Source of the DNA: Candidatus Yanofskybacteria bacterium
GTDB lineage: Bacteria; Patescibacteriota; Minisyncoccia; 2-02-FULL-40-12; GWA2-44-9
Assembly (NCBI GenBank): GCA_003514055.1
Contig: DOSG01000008.1
Span: 121,229 to 185,228 of the forward strand
Direction of reading: 5' to 3'
DNA: 64,000 nucleotides
The translations under genes were made by a program, and so were the position numbers. The notes under the pieces are model-generated. The model did not search any database, was not told the DNA's origin, and saw only the letters and a program-made list of their open reading frames with translations. Shown piece by piece: positions 38,767-48,177 of the stretch. Within the stretch, counting starts at the first letter, position 1; each line of letters begins with the position of its first letter.

Positions 38767-41097
38767 CTATCTAAACGCCACTTTCAACACTTCATCTACA
38801 TGGCTCACGAAAACAAATTTAGCATTTCTTTTAACTTCTTTCGGTATATCAATCATGTCTTTCTTGTTCGCAGCTGGCAATATAATTATTTTAAGACCAG
38901 CTCGATGAGCTGCTAAGACCTTCTCCTTAACTCCGCCAATTTCTAGAACCTTTCCACGCAAAGTTACTTCACCGGTCATGCCAACTTCTTTCCTAACTTC
39001 CTTTTTCAGGAATATAGATATCAGAGCCGTGGTGATAGCTGAGCCAGCCGAAGGACCATCTTTCTTTATAGCGCCAGATGGAACATGAATATGAATATCG
39101 TCCTTGTTGAAATCCTCCTTAATCCCCAATTTTGAAGCATATGCTCTAGCGTAGCTCAATGCCGCCTGGGCAGATTCTTTCATTACTTCACCAAGTTGAC
39201 CAGTCAGAATCAACCTACCACGTCCGGGCATCTTGCTTACCTCGATAGTCAAAACTTCTCCACCAACGGGAGTCCAAGCCAGACCCGTTACGACTCCAAT
39301 CTCATCTTTAACCTCCGCCATTTGATGAGTATATTTGGCTGGGCCTAGATATTTGTGAATTATTTCTTTGGTTATTGTAGCCTGTTTTTTCCCATTATTG
39401 TCAGAATTCCTTCTTAAATATTTTCTAATTATTGAGGCCAACTGTCTTTCTAGCTCTCTGACCCCAGCCTCTCGGGTATGCTGTCCAATAATATCGACTA
39501 AGGCTGGATCATTAAACGTCAACGTATTCTTTTTAATACCATGATCTTTGAAGAGTTTAGGTATCAAAAATTTCTTCGCGATATGAAGCTTTTCCTCTTC
39601 AGTGTAACCAGCAAAATCAATAATCTCTAATCTATCTCTTAATGCCGGCGGGATAGTATCTAGAACATTAGCCGTAGCTATAAATAAGACATCCGATAAA
39701 TCAAAAGGCGCCTCCAAATAATGATCAGAAAAAGCGTTATTCTGTTGAGGATCCAACGCCTCAAGTAGCGCCGATGACGGGTCACCCCTAAAATCCATGC
39801 CAATCTTATCGATCTCATCAAGCATGAAAACGGGATTTTTTGTTTTGGCGTTGTGAATGCCTTGTATAACTCTACCCGGTAAAGCGCCAATGTATGTTCT
39901 CCTGTGACCCCTAATCTCGGCCTCATCTTTTATGCCACCCAGGGAAACTCTGATAAATTTTCTACTCAGAGCTCTGGCAATCGATTGACCAATAGAAGTT
40001 TTACCAGTTCCCGGTGGGCCAACTAGACATAATATCGGCCCCTTCACTTTACCAACTTGTTTTTGAACAGCTAAATATTCTAAAATCCTCTCTTTTACAT
40101 TAGATAGTCCGTAATGATCTTGATTCAATATCTTCTCGGCTGATTTAAGATCTATTTTTGCATCATCTTTTGTATTCCACGGCATCTCAGTCATCCAATC
40201 CAAATATGTTCTAATATAAGAAACCTCTGGACTAAATGGTGGCATCTTCGATAATCTATTTAGTTCTTTTAGCGCCTTGTCTTTTACTTCTTTCGGCATG
40301 CCAGCTTTATCTATCTTGTCTTTGACGATATCTAATTCACCACGCTCATCGTCGACGCCCAATTCTTTTTCGATACTCTTCAATTGCTCGCGCAGAAAAA
40401 GCTCTTTCTGCATTTTGCCTATCTGTTTCTTGGTTTCCTTGGCCACGCTTTTTTCGGCTTCCAATATCTCCGCCTCTCTGGCAATTAAAATATTTAACTC
40501 CCTCAATGCGTCCATGGCACTCTCAAATTCCAATATTCTTTGCTGATCATCTAAAGATAAATTCAAATTAACCGTAACTAAACTTAATATTTGCTCAGTA
40601 TCTTTGAGCTGCATCATCATGTATATGACCTCTGGCAATACATTTGGAAAAGACTTGGACTCAGATATATTCTTAAATTGGTCGATAGCTGATCGAACTA
40701 AAGCCTTCTCGTCTAGATTATTCCTGAGTATCAAATTAAATGGCTCGGCCTGAACTTTAAAATATGGTTCAGTTTTTGTGAATTTAGTAATTCGGGCTCT
40801 TACTAATCCTTCAACGTCAACTTTCGACGATCCATCTGGCAATTTAAAAACCGATATAATCCTACCAATGGTACCAATTTCAAAAATGTCTTTAGTATCC
40901 ACGTCATCATCTATGTTCTTTTGAGAAGCAAAAAAGACTAATTTGTCTTTAGTCATAGCCTCTCCGAGGGCAGTCATGGATTTAGACCTCTGGACTAATA
41001 ACGGGATTATGAGCTTAGGAAATAAGACCGTATTCTTGAGGGCAATTAGAGGTAACTCGTTAGGAATAATTGTGTTGTTTTCTTTAAATTCAGCCAT
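38767..41097 (-). CDS. lon: ATP-dependent Lon protease
   Basis: LON N-domain, AAA+ (GPPGTGKTS), proteolytic Ser/Lys (PSAGS...K). Confidence 0.9.
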   Translation of the reverse strand: MAEFKENNTIIPNELPLIALKNTVLFPKLIIPLLVQRSKSMTALGEAMTKDKLVFFASQKNIDDDVDTKDIFEIGTIGRIISVFKLPDGSSKVDVEGLVRARITKFTKTEPYFKVQAEPFNLILRNNLDEKALVRSAIDQFKNISESKSFPNVLPEVIYMMMQLKDTEQILSLVTVNLNLSLDDQQRILEFESAMDALRELNILIAREAEILEAEKSVAKETKKQIGKMQKELFLREQLKSIEKELGVDDERGELDIVKDKIDKAGMPKEVKDKALKELNRLSKMPPFSPEVSYIRTYLDWMTEMPWNTKDDAKIDLKSAEKILNQDHYGLSNVKERILEYLAVQKQVGKVKGPILCLVGPPGTGKTSIGQSIARALSRKFIRVSLGGIKDEAEIRGHRRTYIGALPGRVIQGIHNAKTKNPVFMLDEIDKIGMDFRGDPSSALLEALDPQQNNAFSDHYLEAPFDLSDVLFIATANVLDTIPPALRDRLEIIDFAGYTEEEKLHIAKKFLIPKLFKDHGIKKNTLTFNDPALVDIIGQHTREAGVRELERQLASIIRKYLRRNSDNNGKKQATITKEIIHKYLGPAKYTHQMAEVKDEIGVVTGLAWTPVGGEVLTIEVSKMPGRGRLILTGQLGEVMKESAQAALSYARAYASKLGIKEDFNKDDIHIHVPSGAIKKDGPSAGSAITTALISIFLKKEVRKEVGMTGEVTLRGKVLEIGGVKEKVLAAHRAGLKIIILPAANKKDMIDIPKEVKRNAKFVFVSHVDEVLKVAFR

Positions 41098-41179
41098 ATA
41101 TGCGTATTAATTAGCCCCAGTATTATAATACAAAAAAAGCCACAGATCAACTCTTCGTTGATTGGGCTTAAATTAGAAG

Positions 41180-41211
41180 AGGCCTGACACACGCGCTTGT
41201 GTGTCAGGCCT
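41180..41211. terminator. perfect 12-bp GC-rich hairpin (GGCCTGACACAC-GCGCTT-GTGTGTCAGGCC)
   Basis: Read directly; lies between the GC-rich ORF stop (41234) and the lon start; partial T run on the minus side. Confidence 0.4.
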
Positions 41212-41233
41212 CGATGGCCTGCCGGCCGATCGG

Positions 41234-41650
41234 CTACTCGCCGAACAGAGCGGCGACCGCCGTGGCCTGGACCTTCTCGAGCTCGGCTGCAGCAGCGGTC
41301 CGATTGGCATTCGCAATCATGGCCTGTTGCTGCAGGATCTCGTTCTGCGCAGCCTTGGACCGTTCACCAGCCGCCACGATCTGGTTGTCCCGCTCCGTAA
41401 GGAGCGCCTTCAGGTCGGCGCCGACCCGACTCTGAATCTCCATCATCGCGAGGACGCCCATCGCGATCTTCGCGCCCAGGCCAGCCTGATCACCGAGCTG
41501 CTGGAACATGGGTGCGGCTTTGGCGGCCTGCGCCAGGCCGAATGTCTTGACCGGCACCGGCTTGGGTGCCGGAGGCGGAGGCGTCAGCTTCCGCATGACG
41601 ATGAACGTGATGACCGCAACGACCACTGCGACGAGAAAGTAGTTGACCAT
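41234..41650 (-). CDS. GC-rich membrane-anchored protein with Pro-rich linker and helical domain
   Basis: From the internal ATG: MVNYFLVAVVVAVITFIVM (TM), PPPPAPKPVPVK linker, helical C-domain. GGGAGA SD 6 nt upstream. GC about 62 %. Confidence 0.4.
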   Translation of the reverse strand: MVNYFLVAVVVAVITFIVMRKLTPPPPAPKPVPVKTFGLAQAAKAAPMFQQLGDQAGLGAKIAMGVLAMMEIQSRVGADLKALLTERDNQIVAAGERSKAAQNEILQQQAMIANANRTAAAAELEKVQATAVAALFGE

Positions 41651-41736
41651 CTTGATTCTCCCTGAGCCATTTCTTCTTTCCCCACCGACTGGCTCTACGT
41701 CGGGTGGGGCTGGACACAACAACGAACTGTACTTAC

Positions 41737-41765
41737 ATTATACCGCATACGCGCTGAAAAGTCAA
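41737..41765 (-). promoter_or_regulatory. near-consensus sigma70 promoter TTGACT-17-TATAAT driving the GC-rich ORF
   Basis: Minus strand reads ATGCTTGACTTTTCAGCGCGTATGCGGTATAATGTAAG; 5'-UTR hairpin follows. Confidence 0.45.
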
Positions 41766-41834
41766 GCATAATTTTCTCACCAAAAAACGGCCATTTAGGC
41801 CGTCTTCGGGATGAAATACCTTATACAATAAATT

Positions 41835-43187
41835 TTACAGCTCGAAACTCTCGTCTTGCGCCGGAACAATCGCCTCTACGCCAGTGCTGGTTTTGATTCT
41901 CTGAGCTAAGGCCGTTGCCGCATCTTCTTCTCCTTGAACAACAAAAACTCTTCGTAGATTCCCACCCTCGGCAATTGATCCTATCCATTCGGCTAACATG
42001 TTCTGATCAGCATGAGCAGAATACCCACCGATAGCTACTACCTCACAATTAACCGCTACGTTCTCACCCATAATTTTTACCGATTTCTCGCCCTCTAGAA
42101 TCTTTCTACCCAAGCAGCCTTCAACTTGGTAGCCGATAAAAATTATCATCGAGTCCTTGTCAGATAAGTATCTTCTTTCGTGATGCAAAATTCTTCCGCC
42201 ATTAGACATTCCTGCTCCAGCGATAATTATCTTCGGCCCGACGATATCATTTATAGATCTTGACTCCTGAGAAGTTACGGTAAAGCGCAGACCAGGAAAA
42301 TCAAATATATCATCGCCCGAATTAATTATATAATTCGTCTTAATATTCATGTAGTCAGAATATCGCCTGTAAACTTCCGTAAGCTTAATGGCTAGCGGCG
42401 AATCGACAAATATAGGGATGTGCGGAATCTTTTTTTCATTTATAAGATTGTTAAGCTCGTATAATAGTTCCTGAGTACGCTCAATGGCAAACGAAGGTAT
42501 CATAATCGTACCGCCACGCGTTATGGCCTTCGAAATCGAACTTAAGAGAATATCCCTTCTCGTCTCCCTATCTTCGTGAATCCTCCCACCGTAAGCTGAC
42601 TCGATGACGGCATATTCGCCATCGTGAGGCATAAACGGATAATTTAATAGTGGCGTCGGAGGATTACCCAAGTCTCCGGAGAAATAGATCTTCTTACCTT
42701 CAAATTGAATCTCAATGATAGCCGACCCTAGAATATGTCCAGCGTCGTGGAATTTGATTTTTATACCACCGAGAGCCTTCTCTTCTTCGTAGTTAACTGG
42801 CTCAGCTAAAGATAATATGCCATCAAGATCTTCCGCATTAAAGAGCGGCTCATGATTATGCTTGACAGCTTCATCAGAAATCAATCCCAGATTGTCTGGT
42901 AAAGCTCTTGTTATTAAACCAAGAGTAGCTTCGGTAGTAATTAACTTACCCCTAAAACCATCTTTATATAATTTGGGCAACCTGCCCACGTGATCAGCGT
43001 GGCTATGAGTTATCAAAACGTAATCTATCTCTCCAGGAATATAAGGGAAAGGAGCATAATTTAAGTCTTCGGAGTACTTTGATCCCTGAAACAATCCGCA
43101 ATCAATCACCAGCTTTAAACCACCCACTTCTAGCAGGTAATTCGAGCCAGTTACCGACTTTGCTCCACCATAAAAAGTTATTCTCAT
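41835..43187 (-). CDS. beta-CASP metallo-beta-lactamase ribonuclease (RNase J-like)
   Basis: HSHADHVG motif, beta-CASP region, 450 aa. Confidence 0.65.
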   Translation of the reverse strand: MRITFYGGAKSVTGSNYLLEVGGLKLVIDCGLFQGSKYSEDLNYAPFPYIPGEIDYVLITHSHADHVGRLPKLYKDGFRGKLITTEATLGLITRALPDNLGLISDEAVKHNHEPLFNAEDLDGILSLAEPVNYEEEKALGGIKIKFHDAGHILGSAIIEIQFEGKKIYFSGDLGNPPTPLLNYPFMPHDGEYAVIESAYGGRIHEDRETRRDILLSSISKAITRGGTIMIPSFAIERTQELLYELNNLINEKKIPHIPIFVDSPLAIKLTEVYRRYSDYMNIKTNYIINSGDDIFDFPGLRFTVTSQESRSINDIVGPKIIIAGAGMSNGGRILHHERRYLSDKDSMIIFIGYQVEGCLGRKILEGEKSVKIMGENVAVNCEVVAIGGYSAHADQNMLAEWIGSIAEGGNLRRVFVVQGEEDAATALAQRIKTSTGVEAIVPAQDESFEL

Positions 43188-43193
43188 GCAGAA

Positions 43194-43487
43194 CTATTTT
43201 TTATTCGAACCAAGCCATGGCTTCTGAGGATATTTATCAAATACGTAGTCGTACCTCTTATCTCCTGGAATTTTAATGCCATAATCAATAATCCAGTCAT
43301 CTATCAAAGACATCTCTAACGGAGAAACGTTCTTGGCCACTCCAGTATTGGACTCTATGATCAGGGTGTCGGATTCAAGGTTCTTCATTTGAATAAACAA
43401 AAAACCAATTAAAAAGCCCGACAGCAATGCTAGAAAAATAGCTCCAATGATCGACTCAGTTCGAAACGTTGCGAAACTTTTTAACAT
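43194..43487 (-). CDS. small membrane protein
   Basis: N-terminal TM (AIFLALLSGFLIGFLFI). Confidence 0.3.
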   Translation of the reverse strand: MLKSFATFRTESIIGAIFLALLSGFLIGFLFIQMKNLESDTLIIESNTGVAKNVSPLEMSLIDDWIIDYGIKIPGDKRYDYVFDKYPQKPWLGSNKK

Positions 43488-43575
43488 TTGTTTTTAATTC
43501 CTGGCAGGCCTCCAAACGAAAGTTCATTTTCGTACGGGACAAGCAATGGAATTCCAAGCGCCATGTAGGCGCCTA

Positions 43576-44049
43576 TTACCTAACAATAATTGTACCAGTT
43601 TCATTTAAATTTTTCTCGTTGTGATATCCGAATATCCCCTTAGCGGCAAAAGTGAACGAGAAAAAGCTATTTTGTGGAACATCGCCAACGCTGTCGAAGC
43701 CAACTAAATTATTATGCTCTGGGTGGGGATCAGACACTACTCTTATGCCAGAATAGCCATCATTTTTGAATTTAACCGTATCGCCAGAATGAATTCTTAA
43801 ATTTGTGGGACTAAAAACTCCATTTTTATAAGACACTGTGTATATCCTAAGAATTCTAGTGTCAGTGGGCTCAGGCGTCGGAGTAGGAGACTCCACCACA
43901 ACCCCATTGCCACCAGCCTTACTAAAAAATCCAACCGAGAGAGCAAGAAATAAAAGCATTAAAATAATCAGCATCCAGACCAAACCGGGCCCGTTGATCG
44001 GCTCTATTTTTTTCCTCTTGACTGTCAATTGGATTTCTGGCCCGTCCAT
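43576..44049 (-). CDS. membrane-anchored cupredoxin-like beta-sandwich protein
   Basis: TM, Thr/Pro linker, then IHSGDTVKFKNDG...GFDSVG pattern suggestive of a cupredoxin-like fold. Confidence 0.25.
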   Translation of the reverse strand: MDGPEIQLTVKRKKIEPINGPGLVWMLIILMLLFLALSVGFFSKAGGNGVVVESPTPTPEPTDTRILRIYTVSYKNGVFSPTNLRIHSGDTVKFKNDGYSGIRVVSDPHPEHNNLVGFDSVGDVPQNSFFSFTFAAKGIFGYHNEKNLNETGTIIVR

Positions 44050-44099
44050 ATTAAGATTTTAACACCATTTGGAATATATGCAAAAAAATAAAGTCTCCA

Positions 44100-44708
44100 C
44101 TATTGGAGACTGGAAGAATGATTCAGTAATTTAGCAATTTTCTTCTTAACGTAGCTGGTGCCACGATTTTTGCCGAATAGAATATCAAATGCCCTCACCC
44201 GCCACTCATGAACTCCGCGAGAATGGCCATTGATCGCCGCCTCGACATAATTAGTATCGAGATAGAATGTTGGCCTCCTAACTCTAGCGCCGAAGATCAT
44301 GACTAGCATCATCTTACCCATCAAGGTCTTGGCGGCGACGATATCGTCACTGTCAAAGCACTCCGTCCACCGCTCTCTCAATTTCTTAACAGAAATATTT
44401 CGATTCTTTCTATTATATATATTCCTTTGGGTTGCGCCGGCCAACCAAAGCTGGGCAACATTATCGTGAGGCTTCTCGCAGAATATGACCCCATGGACGT
44501 AATCGATGATATCCCAAACCTCAAACAGAGTTAAGTTTTGGAACAGAGCGTGCCAAGCACGATGAGATCTGACAGTCCACCGAAATTCGTTGAACTCAGA
44601 CATAATGAATTCAATATCGTCATTTTTGCGTCCACCATCTTCACGTACACGACTGCGAGGTATAATATGATGTGAGCTAAGATTCTTCCTAGTCTTAGCC
44701 ACAATCAC
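44100..44708 (-). CDS. HNH endonuclease family protein
   Basis: SSHHIIPRSRVREDGG...HRAWHALF resembles the HNH His-Me finger (HH...N...H). Confidence 0.45.
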   Translation of the reverse strand: MIVAKTRKNLSSHHIIPRSRVREDGGRKNDDIEFIMSEFNEFRWTVRSHRAWHALFQNLTLFEVWDIIDYVHGVIFCEKPHDNVAQLWLAGATQRNIYNRKNRNISVKKLRERWTECFDSDDIVAAKTLMGKMMLVMIFGARVRRPTFYLDTNYVEAAINGHSRGVHEWRVRAFDILFGKNRGTSYVKKKIAKLLNHSSSLQ

Positions 44709-44769
44709 CCCTTTTTCAATGTCCTACCTTGATAATATTACTTTAAAAAAAGAGGTCAAATATAAATAC

Positions 44770-46035
44770 TTATCTATCTTGCAGATTCATAAATTCTTCG
44801 ACGACTTCCTTGTCGGACCATCCAATCTTCTTACCGCCAGCAATCGCCATGGTTGTTTCCGAGCCCTTACCAGTGATAATCACCACGTCACCATTCTCAG
44901 CCATAGACATACCAACACCAATGGCTTCTCTCCTATCCATGATTCTCTCTACCTTATTAATAGACTTAATACCTTCCATGATTCCATCCAGTATGCGCCC
45001 AGGATCTTCTTCATAAGGATCTTCGTTTGTTAAAATCACATGGTCACAATACTCATCAGCTATTTTGCCAAATTCAGATCTTTTCCATTTATCTCTCCCT
45101 CCGCCAGCGGCACCAAGTACGGAAATTAATTTACCGCTTTTCGGTTTTAACGCGGCATAGACTTGTCTTAATGAATCTGGAGTATGAGCATAATCGACAA
45201 CTACAGAGAATGGCATCCTTTGAATAAACTCCATTCGCCCTGGGATATATTTAATCTCTTTAAAAATCGACGCTGAGCTTGGTAGATCAATATTATACAT
45301 GGCTGCGATTGTCGCCGCCGCCAGAACATTAGACACGTTGAATTTGCCGCTTAGATTAATATCAAATTCAGTACCATAACATTCAAACGAAGCCCCATCC
45401 GATCGCAATTCTAATTTTTCTGCCCGGATATCACCTCGCTCCACGCCATAGGTTATTTTCTTATTGGCTGGATAGTCCCAGAATAGACCCACGTGAGGAT
45501 CATCAGCATTAAAAACGTGAATATTCTTCGAAACCTGAAATAGTTTTTGCTTAGCTCGATAATAGTTCTCAAATGAACCATGACTTTCAATATGTTCTTT
45601 GTGCAAACCCGTGAACACGACACAATCAAAATCGATACCGAGATGTCTATTCTGTTTTATACCCTCAGAGGTTACTTCCATAATAAAGAATTCGCTACCG
45701 ACTTTTTGGGCCTGAGCCATATATTTATGAATCATAAATCTACCCGGCATAGTCATCTTCACTGTATTTGGCCATTCCTTTTCTCCAATTCTGAAACCCA
45801 TCGAGCCAAGCACCGCTACTTTTTTATGACCAGATCTCTCCAGGATCTTGCCCGTCAGATATACTACCGACGACTTGCCCTTGGTTCCAGTCACTCCGAT
45901 AACCTTCATCTTCTTGGAAGGGAAACCATAGGCTAGCGCTCCAGTATAAGCCCAACAAGCATGATAAGCCGGCGCGATCAAACCGAAAACTTCTCGCGGC
46001 ACAATTTTCCTAATTATATTCAAAACACTATTCAT
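44770..46035 (-). CDS. Mur ligase family protein (MurE/MurF-like)
   Basis: VIGVTGTKGKSS P-loop, central and C-terminal Mur ligase domains; 421 aa. Confidence 0.65.
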   Translation of the reverse strand: MNSVLNIIRKIVPREVFGLIAPAYHACWAYTGALAYGFPSKKMKVIGVTGTKGKSSVVYLTGKILERSGHKKVAVLGSMGFRIGEKEWPNTVKMTMPGRFMIHKYMAQAQKVGSEFFIMEVTSEGIKQNRHLGIDFDCVVFTGLHKEHIESHGSFENYYRAKQKLFQVSKNIHVFNADDPHVGLFWDYPANKKITYGVERGDIRAEKLELRSDGASFECYGTEFDINLSGKFNVSNVLAAATIAAMYNIDLPSSASIFKEIKYIPGRMEFIQRMPFSVVVDYAHTPDSLRQVYAALKPKSGKLISVLGAAGGGRDKWKRSEFGKIADEYCDHVILTNEDPYEEDPGRILDGIMEGIKSINKVERIMDRREAIGVGMSMAENGDVVIITGKGSETTMAIAGGKKIGWSDKEVVEEFMNLQDR

Positions 46036-46039
46036 TTAT

Positions 46040-46231
46040 TATTTAATATATTGAGCTAGCCATTAAGCCCAACCGTTTCTGGGCAAATTTCGGAGGCATT
46101 TCGGCTTGAACAGAATTGATATAGCCTCGAAGAGGCGATAAAGTCGGATCTTCGAAATGCCGAGAATTTAGATAGCAATCGGCCGCAGGAGCCGATTGAC
46201 TATCGGTGCCAAAGAAACGGGTAGGCTTAAG
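46040..46231 (-). promoter_or_regulatory. structured 5'-leader candidate upstream of the Mur ligase gene
   Basis: Closing helix TTAAGCCCAACCGTTTC / GAAACGGGTAGGCTTAA; inner helices GGCATTTCG/CGAAATGCC and CAATCGG/CCGATTG. Confidence 0.3.
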
Positions 46232-47155
46232 TTAAAAAACTTTTCTCGCTATTTTATATATCCAATACCAGAAGCTGGATATAGGCAAATCAAATGACCC
46301 GGGATATTCGATCTGATTACCACCCCAACCTAATTTAAATCTAGTCACGCCAGGCCATTTCTTTGAATCAATTCCCCAGAAATCATAGAACATATATCCC
46401 CCGTTCTTAAATAGCTTCATAGCCTCCCAATGCATTAGATATGGTGCCATCATTGGCTTATATTCTCTATCCATCGCTCCGTGCAAATAATAAACAGTAT
46501 CACCATAGGTCATGGCCATCATTCCAGCAACGGGCTTATCTTCAAGTTTGATAAAATACAATTTGGCCCTAATTTCTCCGTCTCTGAAAAAGTTTAATAG
46601 CTTTTCATAATAACCCTTCTCGTGAGTATTAAATTGATCTTTCTCTGAGGTCTGTTTAAGTAATTTCCAGAAATCTTCAAAACTACCATCTTCAGAGAAT
46701 CTTAGTCCATGTTTCTCGGCAACTTTTATGTTGTACCTGGTCTTATGGTGCATCAAAGACAAAAGTTCTTCCTCCGACGCCTTTAAATTCACAACTATGG
46801 TCTTCGCTGGTTGAATTTCTTTCTTGGATTTCTTAATCCGACGACTGCCGGACATGCCATATAGCAATTCCACCGTTGAACCATTCAACGGCTCCATCTT
46901 AACAAAAAAAGATTTATTTTCCTTGCCAAGTTTCTTTATGCCATTTACGAATGCAGCTAATTCATTTTTTAAACCAGCTTCAATATCTTCAAATGAAATT
47001 TCCGGACCATGAGGTATGTATAAATAGTTTTTGCCAAACGGCAAATCGTGCTTAACTATATTGGCCTTTATTTTGCCATTATCGTAATTAAAAACTTGTC
47101 GCCCCAGCGACTTCTGAAACTCCATCCACTCTTTTGTCTGTAAAAACGATTTCAT
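46232..47155 (-). CDS. FemAB-family aminoacyl-tRNA-dependent peptidyltransferase
   Basis: 307 aa; FemAB-like N-terminus (MKSFLQTKEWMEFQ...); GNAT-like duplication. Confidence 0.6.
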   Translation of the reverse strand: MKSFLQTKEWMEFQKSLGRQVFNYDNGKIKANIVKHDLPFGKNYLYIPHGPEISFEDIEAGLKNELAAFVNGIKKLGKENKSFFVKMEPLNGSTVELLYGMSGSRRIKKSKKEIQPAKTIVVNLKASEEELLSLMHHKTRYNIKVAEKHGLRFSEDGSFEDFWKLLKQTSEKDQFNTHEKGYYEKLLNFFRDGEIRAKLYFIKLEDKPVAGMMAMTYGDTVYYLHGAMDREYKPMMAPYLMHWEAMKLFKNGGYMFYDFWGIDSKKWPGVTRFKLGWGGNQIEYPGSFDLPISSFWYWIYKIARKVF

Positions 47156-47254
47156 AATTCTATATAGAAATGGTGAGAGATTGTGACTTCATGCAATTCT
47201 CGCAGGAGAAAAACGCAACCCGTACCCGAGAAAGTCTTAAGTCTGGCCTCGACC

Positions 47255-47866
47255 TCATTTTTTACCTAATATTTTCAAAGCCTCACGGACCCTTTCTTCT
47301 AACGACTTACCTCCGCCCACTTCTTTCAATGCATTCGTGGCTTGGCTGGTACTGTAGCCGAGTGCCACTAAGGCCTCCACCACACTACTATCTTCACCAA
47401 GATTCATTCCGGTCACGTCCGCCGCATCTATGTAATCAACCTTAGTCTTGAGTTCCAAAACAAGCCTCTGGGCAAGCTTCCCACCGAAACCCGACACCTT
47501 CTTCAAGTAATCGGCATCCCCGTTCATAACAGCCGCTTTTAGATGCTGGGGCTCAACTACGGTTAGAATGGCCATAGCATTCTTGGAACCGACACCGTTT
47601 ACTGTTTTTAACAGATGAAACAACTCTAAATCCTGCCGCCTATCGAAACCGTATAGGTCAAAAGTGCCCTCGCGCATATTGAGCTGAGAATGGACGTATA
47701 GCTTAATTTTCCTATTGACATCGACCTTTTCTTTTGATACAATATTAAGCAATTTGGGGGATACTATGACCCTATACCCTATACCGCCCTGGCCGGGCAG
47801 GCCGGCATTCAAAATCAGGTACTTATCGCCCAAATATTCTATTGTTCCCTCTAGAAACGAGATCAT
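47255..47866 (-). CDS. ruvA: Holliday junction branch migration protein RuvA
   Basis: MISFLEGTIEY N-terminal OB, HhH pair, C-terminal RuvB-interaction domain. Confidence 0.85.
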   Translation of the reverse strand: MISFLEGTIEYLGDKYLILNAGLPGQGGIGYRVIVSPKLLNIVSKEKVDVNRKIKLYVHSQLNMREGTFDLYGFDRRQDLELFHLLKTVNGVGSKNAMAILTVVEPQHLKAAVMNGDADYLKKVSGFGGKLAQRLVLELKTKVDYIDAADVTGMNLGEDSSVVEALVALGYSTSQATNALKEVGGGKSLEERVREALKILGKK

Positions 47867-47904
47867 ACCTTAAAGATACCATTGAAATTTGAATAAAAAA
47901 AGAG

Positions 47905-47935
47905 GGCCCGCGCACGCGCGGGACCCTTCGACGGA
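47905..47935 (-). terminator. intrinsic terminator of the GC-rich small ORF
   Basis: GGGCCCGCGC-ACGC-GCGGGACCC imperfect hairpin followed on the minus strand by CTTTTTTTATTC. Confidence 0.45.
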
Positions 47936-48121
47936 CTACTTGCCGTCCTTGATAGCAGCACCGACAATCGTAGCCGCAGCAATCAAGGAAGTCATGATCG
48001 ATAGCAGCGCCATCGTCGCAGCCATCCAGGGTACATTAGCCCAGAGAAAGGCACCGGTCGCCAGAGCGAAACCAGCTGACGCCCTCGCCGCACGATAAAC
48101 CTGATCTACGCTCACGTTCAT
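47936..48121 (-). CDS. GC-rich small two-TM membrane protein
   Basis: From the internal ATG: MNVSVDQVYRAARASAGFALATGAFLWANVPWMAATMALLSIMTSLIAAATIVGAAIKDGK; GGAGGGGGG SD upstream. Confidence 0.35.
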   Translation of the reverse strand: MNVSVDQVYRAARASAGFALATGAFLWANVPWMAATMALLSIMTSLIAAATIVGAAIKDGK

Positions 48122-48148
48122 GTCTCTACCCCCCCCTCCAGTATTCAT

Positions 48149-48177
48149 ACCATAACATATTTCACATATAAGGTCAA
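48149..48177 (-). promoter_or_regulatory. sigma70-like promoter TTGACC-17-TATGGT for the GC-rich small ORF, abutting the uvrB start codon
   Basis: Minus strand reads TTGACCTTATATGTGAAATATGTTATGGTATGAATACTGGAGGGGGG. Confidence 0.4.

Noticed and set aside
41197-41665. Three overlapping plus-strand ORFs (67-154 aa) in the lon/RNase J GC-rich spacer
   Set aside because: They overlap in all three frames opposite a minus-strand ORF that has a promoter, SD and TM/linker/domain architecture, so they are high-GC frame artefacts.
44100-44708. HNH protein as IscB/Cas9-like RNA-guided nuclease with omega-RNA
   Set aside because: It is only 202 aa with no RuvC segments, and no adjacent structured RNA.
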